Assembly (NCBI RefSeq): GCF_009914755.1
Contig: NC_060928.1
Direction: 5' to 3' (one strand)
Origin: the human T2T-CHM13v2.0 reference genome, Homo sapiens
DNA length: 64,000 bases
A program made the position numbers and the translations under genes. Positions 51,756 to 64,000 of the stretch are shown piece by piece (within the stretch, counting starts at the first letter, position 1; each line of letters opens with the position of its first letter). The notes below the pieces were generated by a model. It was given only the letters and a program-made list of their open reading frames with translations, did not search any database and was not told the origin of the DNA.

Positions 51756-53766
51756 ATGCTTCCTCTTGGTGATTTTAGAACAAAGGTTGGCAGGTATCTT
51801 CTGAGTGCCAGAGAGAAGAGAAACAATGCATAGGTTTTCTTGGAGTCTAATTGCAGCAAGTTGATGAAATGACTTAACAATATTAGATTCAAAGCCATTG
51901 CTGGATTCATTGCATGTAAACTCTAAACTTTAATTTCTGCAAAATGATCACTTTCCTCAGATATTACTATTTTGTTGATAAAATAGCTTCCTAAGGCATG
52001 TTTTTTTTTTCCTTTAGGGAAGATAGTGAATTTCCTAGAAATAAAATAGTCCTACCACTTGAAATGGCCCAGTGACTTAGAATAGCAGTGCTTATTTCTG
52101 CAATTTGTCTTTCTCTTGTGTTCACTATGGTCATCTGGGTTTAATATCCTGGGTGGTGGGAAATGAAAGGCAGCATGTATTTTTCCTTGAGATTTTCAAA
52201 TTTGAATTTCCTGCTGTGAGCTCTCTTGCTGCTCAGTTGAAATTAGAGCAGGATGAACTTCTTGAACTGTCACCAACTTGGCCACAAGCTGACTCCAAGA
52301 CCTCCTGCAAGGAAAGTTCCCTGAGGGGACATCATGAAATGTCTCTGCAGGAGAGATTAAATGGTTTAATAATGTTCTATTAAACCCACAGCTTTCAAAC
52401 AAAACCCAGCCTTTCAATAACACTTATCACCCCAAAGCTCCTATTTAAGTGATTTTTATCTCAGATAAGGATTTTACCACCAGGAAAGAAGGTACATGCT
52501 ACATTATCACTTTTTAGCCTTTTTGGGGTGAGGTATGTTAAGCTTTTGCCAAATTCTCATAAAACATGTTAGAATGGTAGCTTATGTAGACAAGAGGAGA
52601 AATGAGTGTTTTATGAATAAACAGGAGTAAAGATAATGAAATACAATAGAAGGACAAATCGAGCACCAATGATAGCAATATATCATAAACTGAGAAGTTT
52701 GCTTCAATTCTCTGCGTACAAATTTTTAAAAGAAACAAACAAGCAGAACAAAACAAGGAAACAAGCTAGATCCCACCAGAACAGAACATATCCATGTTGT
52801 TTTCAATCCCATTAAACAGAGTTTCAAAGATAAGTGTGTAACCCCATCAGGGGAATCAGTAGAGAGACTCCAAGTCCAGTGTGTTTTCTTGTTTCAAAGC
52901 CTTTTGGATGATCCTTGCTCCTACTTTCTTAGAACTGTTGGATTTCAGTTTTCTTTAAAATATTTTTCATGCTCATTGTAATTAGATAATTTTTCAAAAA
53001 TAAATATTTAATTTTAAAACAGCTTTAGATGTACAGAATAATTGTAAACATAGTACATTTCCATATACCCTACGCAGGATCCTCTATTATTAGAAGCTTA
53101 CATTGGTATGGTATATTTGTTACAATTAATAAATGAATACTGATGCATTATTCTTAACTAAAGACTAGAATTTATTCAGATTTCCTTACGATTTGCCTAA
53201 TGTCTTTTTCTATTTTAGGATTCCATCTAAGATGTCACATTACATTTACCTGTCATGTGTGATTAGGCTCCTCTTGGCTTTGAGAATTTCTCAGCCTTTT
53301 CTTGTTTTTGATGACTGTGATAGTTTTGAAGGGTGCTGGTTAGGTATTTTGTTGAATGTTCCTCAATTTGAACTTGCCTGATGTTTTTCTCATTGTTAGA
53401 CCGGGGTTGTGTGTTTTGAGGAAGAATACCACAGTGGTAAAGGGACATTTTTATCATGTCGTATCAAGAGTACTTACTATAAATGTGACTATTTTTGATG
53501 TTAACTTTTATCACCTGGTTGAGTATTTTTTGTTAGGTTTCTTCATTGTAAAGTAACTTTTCTTCCTTCTGTTTTTCATATTGTGTTCTTTGAAAATATA
53601 TCAACACATGGAGCCTACACTGAAGGAATGGGGAACTGTTTTGTTTCCTGAAGGAGAGAGTATCTACATAAATTATTCAGAATTCCACATGGGAGATTTT
53701 GTCTTCTCCAAATCTATTTAGTCATTCAAAAATTTATTTGTATTTGTATTGATTCATCAATATTTA

Positions 53767-54070
<304 letters not shown>

Positions 54071-54099
54071 TATCAATATTTATTTTATACTTTGAGCTA

Positions 54100-54450
54100 T
54101 ATCTTAGTTTGCTTTGTACTGCTATTATAGAATGCCCAAGACTGGGTAATTTATGATTAACAGAAATTTATTGACTCACAATTCTGGAGGCTGGGAAGTC
54201 CAATATCAAGGTACTAGCATCTGGTGAGGGCCTTCTCACTGTGTCATCACATGGTAGAACAGCAAGAGAGGGCAAGAGAGAGGGGGAAAAAGGGATGCAA
54301 ACACCCTTTCATAACAACATCAATCCTATCCACGAGGGTGGTGCCCTCATTGGTTAATCGCCTTTTAAAGATCCCATTTTTTAATACTGTTACAATGGCA
54401 ACAAAATTTCATCATGACTTTTGGAAATGACAAACATTGAAGCCATAGCA
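54100..54450 (-). mobile_element. MSTC/MSTD-like solo LTR
   Basis: gactgggtaatttat...ctcacaattctggaggctgggaagtcc...aaacattgaagccatagca. Confidence 0.85.
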
Positions 54451-55727
54451 GATTTCATCTATTACTTAATTTATTTTGTTATACAAACTTTTCCAGTTTT
54501 GGCCATTAGGAACTCTTTCAAGTGACTTTTGTGCCCTTTTGACATATTCTCATAATTAACTAATTAAAATTTGAGCATTTCCTTACTTTCTGGCACTACA
54601 GGATGCTCCAGTCTCATTTTCTGTATTTCCTTTCCCAGTCCTAGAATCAGGCATTTCTACAAAAAGAAGTGCTGAAGAATGATACTAACCCCAAGATCTA
54701 GGTACTAGGCTTGTTCATTGCTACTGGGGTGTTGTCACTTTAGGCCCTATCAGCTGACAGACTAAGGATATATTCATACATAAGAACCAGTCTATACTCT
54801 TATATCTATAAATATTTCTATGTGGAACTATTTGTGTTAAGCTAAACAGAGTTGTTACCGATGTCTCCAGCCCTAAAATGTAAGCACACAGATTACTCTA
54901 GACTGTCTCTTGCTAATTTGTAACCTCTAACTCCAACAGTATGAAGTGGCTCCCACTATCTTCCATCCATCTACCTAATTGTTTAATTTCTGTTTACATT
55001 TATAATTGTATAAGAATTGTAAGTCAATACCTCTGTGGTAAACAACTTTATTCATTAGACTACAATACCTAGATATAATTTCTTTTGCCTTTGCTCTTAC
55101 AGACTTCACACATTTCTAAAGTTGTTTAGATTACCACCTTTATTCTTTCATGTCCTTCAGCGAAGTTGTTTTGTACACTTGTAGTACTGTCATAATGTTT
55201 TCCTAAATTCCAGATTCCATTCTTGGATTCCAAAATATTTAGTTAAAAATTACAATTATTGACGTTCACTGTGTTTTGAAATTCAATGGATTTTTGACAC
55301 AAGAGTATAATGTATCCGTCATCACAGTGTCATTCAGAATAGTTCCACTGCCCTAAAAAAGATCCCATCTTTCATGCTTCACCTACACAACCCTTACCTT
55401 TCCCATCTTCTCTCTGAAATCTGACCTTTTTACCACCTCTATAGCTTTGCTTTTTCCAGCATGTCATAGAATTGGAATCATACAGTATGTAGTCTTTCCC
55501 CATTGGCTTTTTTTTTACTTAGCATTATACATATAAGGTTCATCCTTGTCTTCTTGTGACTTGAAAGCTCATTTCTTTCTATCACTGAATAATATTCCAT
55601 TGTATGGGTCTACCATAGTTTGTTTATTTATTCACCTTTAAAAGACATCTTGTGCAAATTTTTGTGCAGACATAGTCTTTCAACTTATTTGGGTAAATAT
55701 TTAGAAGCATGATTGCTGGATGGATGG

Positions 55728-56073
55728 TGATATGGTTTGGCTGTGTCCCTACCCAAATCTCATCTTGAACTGTGGCTCCTACGATTCCCACGTGTCATGG
55801 GAGGGACCCAGTGGGAGGTAATTGAATCATGGTGGCAGGTCTTTCCTGTGCTGTTCTCATGATAGCGAATAAGTCTCATGAAATCTGATGGTTTTATAAA
55901 GGGGAGCTTCCCGGCACAAGTTCTCTTCTCTTGTCTGCCACCATATGAGATTTGCCCTTCACATGATTGTGAGGTCTCCCCAGCCATGTGGAACTGTGAG
56001 TCCATTAAACCTCTTTTGTAAATGGCCCGGTCTCCAGTATATCTTTACCAGCAGTGTGAAACGGTCTAATACA
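55728..56073 (+). mobile_element. THE1B-like solo LTR
   Basis: tgatatggtttggctgtgtcc...ctaataca; target-site duplication gatgg / gatga. Confidence 0.95.
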
Positions 56074-56877
56074 GATGATAAGACTTTGTAGAAAACTCAG
56101 TTTTGCAAGAAACTGCTAAACTGTCTTCCAAAGTGGCTGCACTATTTTTCATTCCCATCAACAATGAATGAAAGTTCCTGTTGTTCTACATCCTAATCAG
56201 TAATTAGCATTGTCAGTTCTATGAACTTTTGCCATTCTAATATGCATATAATAGTATCTCATTATTGTTTAATTAACAATTCTTGATGACATATAATTTG
56301 GAGCATCTTTTCATAAGCTTACTTGCCATTTGTTTATCTTTCATGAGATGTTTGTTAAGGTCTGTGACCCATTATTTAATCAGGTTGTTTACTTAATGTT
56401 GAGTTTTAAGTGTGCTTTGTATATTTTGGATAGATGTCCTTTATCAGATATGAGTTTTCCAATTTTTTCCCCAATCTGTTGCTTATCTTTTTATTCTCTT
56501 ACAGTATATTTTGCATATCAGAAATGTTAAATTTTAATTAAGTCCAATTTCTTTTTCTTTCATGAATTGTGATTTTGATGTTGTGTCTATAACATAATCA
56601 CTAAACCTAAGTTCACCTAGATTTTCCTCTGGAAATTTTATAATTCTAATTTTACATTTAGGTTTATAATCTATTTTGAGTTAAATTTTCTGAAACATGT
56701 AAGGTCTGTGTCTAGTACTTTCTTTTTGCATATGAATGTCCAACTTTTCAAGCACCGTTTGTTGAAAAGACTATCCTATACTTTTTTATTTTTTTGTTTT
56801 TATTTTTTTACCAAATTGCCTGTGTTCCTTTGTTAAAGATCAGTTGATTATATTTGTTTATGTTCTTTCCCAGGTTC

Positions 56878-56947
56878 TTTTCCAATGATATATGTATCTA
56901 TTATTTTCCAATATATGTATCTATTATTTTCCAATGATATATGTATT
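56878..56947. repeat. Short tandem repeat, ~2.8 copies of a 23-26 bp unit
   Basis: ttttccaat(gat)atatgtatctatta repeated. Confidence 0.85.
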
Positions 56948-59455
56948 TATCCTTTTACTCATGTCACATTGTCTTGATTATTGTAGTCTTATATTGAGTC
57001 TTGAAGTAGAGTAATGGGAATCCTCCAACTCTGTTCTTCTTTAGTATTGTGTTGGCTATTCCAGATTTTTTTCCCTTTCTCTATAAACTTTAGAATAAGC
57101 TTGTCAATATTTTTAAAAAGAGCTTTTTGGATTTTTGATGGGATTATTATGAATCAATAGATCAAATTGGGAAGAAATAACATTTCAAATGCATTTATTC
57201 TTCCAATGCACAAGCATGGATTATCTCTCCATTAATTTAGATATTCTCATATTTCTTTGATCATTGTTTTATAGATATCTGCATAAAATTTCTGTCCATA
57301 TTTGGTTAGATTTGCATGTATTTCAATTTTTTTATTATTTATTTTCTTCTTTTTTCTTTAGGCTTTAATTGCTCTTTTTTATCTAGTTTCCTAAGGTAGA
57401 AATTTATGGCATTGATTTTAAATCATTCTTCTTTTCTAATATACATGTTTAATGTTATAATGATTCCTTCCAGTACTGTTCTAGTTGTTTCTGATAAATT
57501 TTGATTTGTTATATTTTTATTTTTATTCAGTTGAAAATGTTTTCTAATTTCACTGTGATTTATTCTTTGACCTTTGGGTTATTTAGAAGCATGTTGTTTA
57601 ATTTCTAAATATTTGGGGATTTTTCAGCTTTCTTTCTATTGTAGGTTTCAATTTTAATTTTTCTGTTGTCTAAAAACATATTTTATTTCTGGTATGACTT
57701 CCATTTTTTTTGAAGATGTTAAGGTGTAGTTTTGGACTAGGTTGTGGTCTTCTGGTGAATATTATATATGGGAACAATATCCATTTTGTTGTCACTGGAT
57801 GAAACATTCTATAAATGTAAATGCCAATTAGATCAAGTTGATTGATAGTGCCATTCTAACTAATTTCTTGCTGACTTTCTGCCTGCTTGATCTATCAACT
57901 ACTACAAGAGAGATGTTGAAATTTCTAACCATAATATTAGATTTGTCTCTTTCTCTTTTCAATTCTATCACTTTTTACCTCTTTTGTTTTGACACTTTGC
58001 TGTTAGGTGCAAACACTTTTAGAAATGTAATGTTGTTTTCAGATAATTGATTTCTTTATCATTATGTAAGGCCTCTCTTTGTCTCTGATAATATTCCTTG
58101 TTTTGATGTCTACTTTGTCTGAAGTTAATATAGCTACTCAAGCTTTCTTCTGATTTTTGTTAGCATAGTATGACTTTCTCTCTCTTTTTTTTAATCTATC
58201 TGAGTCTTTTTATTTAAAATGGTTTCCTCATACATCTCTTAGAGTGGATATTGTTTTTTAAAACCATTTTGGCAATCTGTCTTTTAATTAATATATTTAA
58301 ACCCTTTATTTAAAAGTTTGATGGATTAGGTGGATTTTTATATTCCATGTTTGGTTGTTCTTGTTTCTAAGTGTTCCTTGAACACCATTTCCATTTCCCC
58401 CACCATTTCTGTTTCATCTTGTTTTAACTGAGTATTTTATATAATTTGGTTGTATCTTCTTTCTCAGCAATTGATTATGCTTTTTTAAGAAATTATTGTA
58501 ATGGTTACCCTAGAGTTTCCAATTTACATTTTAAGATAATCTAGAAGGTTTTATCCCCAAGGTGCTGAATTAGAGGCTTTCAGCATGCCTCAGCCACTTG
58601 GAAATAGCAAGATAGTGCACAAAGATAAACTCTGTGAGCTTTAATTCAAGAAAGAAAACAGGAATCCACTGGAGTCATGAGGGTACGCTAGATTCCAGGG
58701 AGAAGAATGTGGGCAAACAGGCTCCATGATGGAGTCTCGATGATAAAAAGATCCTGATACAGGGAGGCCCTCTCTCCCTTATGCCTGGGTAGACCTCCAG
58801 GCATTCAGACCATGCACACTTCTGTTTCAGCAGCCTGAGCCATCCCACCGTTCCTGGACATAGCTCATGGTCCAGTGAGACCCTCTCCACCCCCAGGCAG
58901 ATTCCCAGGCATTTGGAGCACCAGCTCACCTAGATCAGCAGACTGAGCTGCCCTATCCTTCCTGTGCAGAGATCCTGATGCAGGAGGGCCCATTCTACTC
59001 TATGCCCAGGCATCTGGATGACCCACTTTCTTGAATTAGGAGTTTAGGCCACCCCCATCCCCACGTAGAGAACTTCAGGCCAAGGAGGTTTCCCAGTCTC
59101 ATGCCAGATAAAGAAATAAAAAGAACAAATTCTACCTGCATGAAACAATTACAAGACTTATAAGTGCCAAAATCTTCAGATGAGAATAAAACAGCACAAC
59201 AATTCTGGCACAAAGTTGGTTTTCCAGCTCCATGCTTAGGCACACCTCTGGGTGCTTGGTGGCCATCCACTGGATTCTCCTTCAGCACTAGTGCTTGTGT
59301 CTGCCATCAGGGGACTGGTACTCAGACCTGCCCGATCCTGTCTTGCTCATTGTGGCTCCCACTCTCCAAGGCTAAGCAGGGAGTTTGGACCATTGTGCAC
59401 TCTATGAATCAGCATTGTCTGAAGCAACAGAGAACTTCTCCCAGAAAACAAGGAT

Positions 59456-59460
<5 letters not shown>

Positions 59461-59493
<33 letters not shown>

Positions 59494-59518
59494 TACATAC
59501 ATACATACATACATACAT
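59461..59518. repeat. Compound (CA)n(CATA)n microsatellite in the L1 5'UTR
   Basis: Direct reading. Confidence 0.95.
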
Positions 59519-61189
59519 GGCTGCAGCCTGCTCTTACCCATAAGTGCCATCTACTGGCTTGTAGGTTAAACTGCACAGCCCAATATATAATAAAACTGTC
59601 CGACAGAAGTGCATAGGGCTAGAGAAGAAAAGCCAAAAGAGCATACCTAGCATTCTCTACAGTCACACTCCCTAGAGAGATGAGAAAAGGTAAAAAGAAA
59701 GAAGAACAAAAAAATAATATTATGGGGAAAGAAACAAAAATTCTACCTGCATGAAAACAATATAAAAATTAGATGTGCCAGTGTCTCCACATGAGAAGGA
59801 ACCAGCACAAGAGTTCTGGCACCATGAAAAATCTGAATGTAGTTACAGCAACAAAGGATCACATTAGCTCTCCAGCAATGGTCCCTAAACATAATGGAAA
59901 CCCAGAAGTGACAGATAAATAAAGCAAAGAATGGATTTCAAGGAAGCTCAGTGAGATCCAAGACAAGGTTGAAAATCAAGAAAAGGAAAGCTTTAAAGCA
60001 ATCCAGGAAATGAAGGAAGTGATGAACATCTTAGAAAGAAATCAATCATAGTTTCTAAAACCGAAAAACTCACTTGAGGAATTTCAAAATACATTTGAAA
60101 GCTTTATCCATATACTGGACCAAGCAGAAGAAAGAATTTCAGAGCTCGAAGACCAGTCTTTTGAACGTACTGAGTCAGACAAAAATAGAGAAAAAAGAAT
60201 TTGAAAAGAAAACAAAATCTTCGAGAAATATGGGATTATGTAAAGTGACCAAACCTACAGGATATTGGCATTCCTGAGAGATAAAAAGTAAACAATATGA
60301 AAAACATATTTGAGGAACTAATAAAAACCAAACATTAATCTTCTAGAGAGGTAGATATCCAGATACGAGAAATCCAGACAACACCAGAGAGACACCGTAC
60401 AGAACAAACACCACCAGAACAGACTCTCCAAGGTCATTGCTAAAGAAACATATCTTAAAGGCAGCTAGAGAAGAAGGTCAGATCACATAACAGTGGAAAG
60501 TACATCAGGCTAACAGAAGAATTCTCAGCAGAAACCTTACAAGCCAGGAGAGGCTAGGGGCCTATTTTCAGCATTCATAAAGAAAAGAAATTCTAAGAAT
60601 TTCATATCCCACCAAATTAAGCTTCGTAAATGGAGGAGAAATAAAATATTTTCCAGGAAAGCAAGCACTAAGGAAATTCTTTACCACTAGACCAGCCTTA
60701 CAAGAAATCCTTGAAGGAGTTCCAAACATGGAAATGAAAGAACTATACTTGCTACCACAAAAACATACTTAAGCACTACATAGCCCACAGACCTTATAAA
60801 GCAACCACATAATAGAAACTGCAAAGCAAATAGCTATCAACTTCATGATATGATTAAAACCTCACATATCAATATTAATTTTGAATGTAAATGGCCTAAA
60901 CACCTCACTTAAAAGGAACAGAGTTGCAAGTTGGATAAAAAACAAGTTATCCATCTGCTGTCTTTAAGAGACCCATCTCACATGTATCAGCATGTAACCA
61001 CATCCGTAGGCTCAAAGCAAAGGATCAGAGAAAGCTCTAACAAGAAAACAGAAAAGAATAAAGAGCAGGGGTCACTATTCTCATGTCAAATAAAACAGAT
61101 TTTAAACAAACAACATTAAAAAAAGGGCAAAGAAGGGCATTGCATAATGATAAAAGGTTCAATTCAACAGGAAGACTTAACTATCCTAC

Positions 61190-61192
61190 ATG

Positions 61193-61276
<84 letters not shown>

Positions 61277-62338
61277 TAAAAAATTGAGGAGGAGGGCATC
61301 CTACCTAACTCATTCTATGAAGCTGGTTTCTGCATATGCTCTGTGTTCTATTCTGCATATGCTCTATGTATATATGCGTATATATATACACCTATATAGG
61401 TGTGTATATATATACGTATATACACATATATAGGTGTATATATATGTGTATATATGTGTATATATGTATATCTGTATGTGTATATATGTGTATATATGTA
61501 TATCTGTATGTGTATATGTGTACACATACGTATGTGTATATGTGTACACATACGTATGTGTATATGTGTACACATACGTATGTGTATATGTGTACACATA
61601 CGTATGTGTATATGTGTACACATACGTATGTGTATATGTGTATATATACTGTATATATACACACATATATACGTATATACACATATATGTATATACGTAT
61701 ATATGTGTGTATATGTATATATGTGTGTATATATATGCATATATATGTATATGTGTATATATGTATATATGTGTATATATGTCTATATACGTATATATAC
61801 ACACATATACGTATATATGTGTATATATACATATATGTGTGTATATATACACACATATATGTATATATGTATATATAGGTGTATATATGTATATAGGTAT
61901 GTGTATATATGTGCATATATATGTGTATATATGTATATATGTATATATGTGTATACACATATGTACACTTATATGTATATATACGTGTATTTATACACGT
62001 ATATATACGTATATACGTGTATATATATGTGTATATGTATACATATATACACGTATATACGTATATATCTATATATACGTATATATGTATACGTATATAT
62101 ACACGTATATACGTATATATCTATATATACGTATGTGTATATATACGTATATATGTGTATATATGTGTGCGTATATATGTATATACGTATATATACACAT
62201 ATGCGTATATATACACATATATACACACATATATACACATATACGTGTATATATGTGTATATATGTGTATACATATGTATATACACACACATATATATAC
62301 ACACACAGATATGTACATATATATATGTATACACACAC
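61190..62338. repeat. ~1.15-kb TA/CA/TG alternating purine-pyrimidine tract with a 24-bp minisatellite (61506-61642)
   Basis: Unit gtatgtgtatatgtgtacacatac x5.7; source of the Y/I/H/T/C/V/M-only ORFs. Confidence 0.97.
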
Positions 62339-64000
62339 CCAATGTTGGAGCAACCAGATTCGTAAAACAAGTAGTTATCTATCTACAAAAGACTTAGACA
62401 ACCACAGAATAATAGTCAGGGACTACAGCACACCACTGACACATTAGATCATTCAGGCAGAAAACTAGCAAGTAAATTCTGGACTTAAATTTGACACTTG
62501 ACTAGTTAGATCTCACAGGCATCTACAGAACCCTCCACCCATCAACCACAGATCATACTTTCTTTGCATCTGCATATGGAACATACTTCAAGATCATCAC
62601 ATGGTTTGCCAGAAAGCAAGTTTCAATAAATTAAAAAAAATTTGAAATCATACCAACCATACTCTTAAACCACAGTGAAATAAAAACAGAAATTAATACC
62701 AAGAAGATTTCTCAAAAACACACAATTACGTGGAAATTAAACAACTTGCTTCTCAATGACTTTGGGTAAACAATGAAATTAAAGAAGGCATCAACAAATT
62801 CTTTGAAATAAAAGGCGACAGCGACAAAACATACCAAAGTCTCTTAGCTGCAGCAAAAGCAGTGTTAAGAGGAAAGTTTGTATCAGTAAATGCCTACCTA
62901 AAAAACTTAGAAAGATCTTGAATTAATGATCTAACATCATACCTAGAGAAACTAAAAAATAATGAGCCAACCGCAAAGCTGGTAGAAGGAAAGAAATAGC
63001 TAAAATCAGAGCAAAGCTGAACAGAATTGAGACCCCCAAACTGAATACAAAGGATCAAAGAAACCAAAACCTGCTTTTTTGAAAGGATAAACAAGATCAG
63101 TAGACTGCTAGCTAGAGTAACAATGAAAAAAAGGGAGAAGATCCAATTAGAAATGACAAACGTGACATTACAACTGATCCCACAGAAATATAAAAATAAT
63201 CCTAGAGACTATTATGAACATCTCTGTGCACACAAACTAGAAAATCTGAAAGAAATAGATAAATTCCTAGAAACACATAATCTCCCAAGATTGAATTAGA
63301 AAGAAATCAAAACCCGCAAGAGACCAATAATGAGTTCTGAAATGGAAACAGTAATAAAAAACCTAACAACAACAACAACAACAACAAAAAGCCACAGACC
63401 TGACGAATTCACAGCTGGATTCCACCTAACATACAAAGAAGAGCTGGTACCAATTCTACTGAAACTATTCTAAAAAACTGAGGAGGAGGGCATCCTACCT
63501 AACTCATTCTATGAAGCTGGTTTCTGCATAGGCTCTGTGTTCTGTTCATTTCTCTTCTGTGGATTCTAGGAGAGTATCGTTTGTCTCTTGCCTGCCATTT
63601 GGGCTAAAATCCAGCTCCTGATGTATGTTAAGTATGTATGTTAAGGAGCTGCAGTCTCATAATCCTAGAAGACATAGTAGTCTTGGACACTGCTAGTGGT
63701 TCCAGGACTCCCTGTCTATGAATCAGAATATGAGAATGTCCATAAAGTTCTTGTGCAATTTGAATTTGTAATAAATTTTCTTCCACATATGATATACACA
63801 AACTGCAAAATGTGACAGAGGATTTACTCAGATTTGAAATACTGAAATGTTAACATTCAATAAGTCTACCATAATCTTACATACCTTTAGATATAGCTGT
63901 TATCATCCTATTACCAAAACTTGGCAAAGGCACAGTTAAAATAGAAAATTACAGGCCAATATCCCTGAGGAACATAGATGCAAAAAATCCTCAACAAAGT

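Larger units (their letters stand above)
58546..64000 (+). mobile_element. L1PA15/16-L1PB-age LINE-1: 5'UTR, decayed ORF1 (~59790-60770) and ORF2 (from ~60850), continuing past the window
   Basis: ORF1 text gaaatatgggattatgtaaa and ttaaaggcagctagag; ORF2 text aatgtaaatggcctaaa, gacattacaactgatcccacagaaat, aggccaatatccctga. Confidence 0.9.

Noticed and set aside
59164-59616. 150-aa ORF in the L1 5'UTR
   Set aside because: GTG start, runs through an insertion and a microsatellite; no homology to a protein I recognise.
61336-62447. Many long ORFs (up to 337 aa) on both strands
   Set aside because: Translations of a TA/CA/TG repeat that cannot encode stop codons; not genes.

Overview
This is primate (human-like) genomic DNA, AT-rich and dominated by interspersed repeats. 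I found no recognisable protein-coding exon, RNA gene or CRISPR array. Almost all listed ORFs are Alu, L1, MaLR or microsatellite translations. The first ~22 kb is a mosaic of unique sequence, ancient repeats (L2, MIR, MLT1, hAT and TcMar MITEs), several Alus and an internally deleted THE1C provirus. It also holds one small CpG-rich, motif- and palindrome-dense promoter-like element at ~11.4-11.8 kb. From ~22.5 kb to the end the window is a nested LINE-1 graveyard: an old L1ME host, a twin-primed L1MA carrying an MSTB/MSTA composite, a full-length decayed L1PA8-like copy, an L1MA2-like copy inside an older L1M, an L1MC3-like copy, and an L1PA15/16-L1PB-like copy running off the right edge. I cannot support a claim of a new biological system. 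The best leads are: (1) the CpG element and a possible minus-strand spliced non-coding transcript; (2) a THE1C whose deletion creates an ATG-initiated 253-aa ORF behind an LTR with DUX4 and newly inserted octamer motifs; (3) an MSTA/MSTB deletion that removes both arms of a long inverted repeat; (4) a MER2 fold-back hairpin; (5) a 77-bp cis-templated copy inside a 1.1-kb purine-pyrimidine tract. Repeat subfamily names were assigned by eye from remembered consensus sequences and need RepeatMasker/Dfam confirmation.
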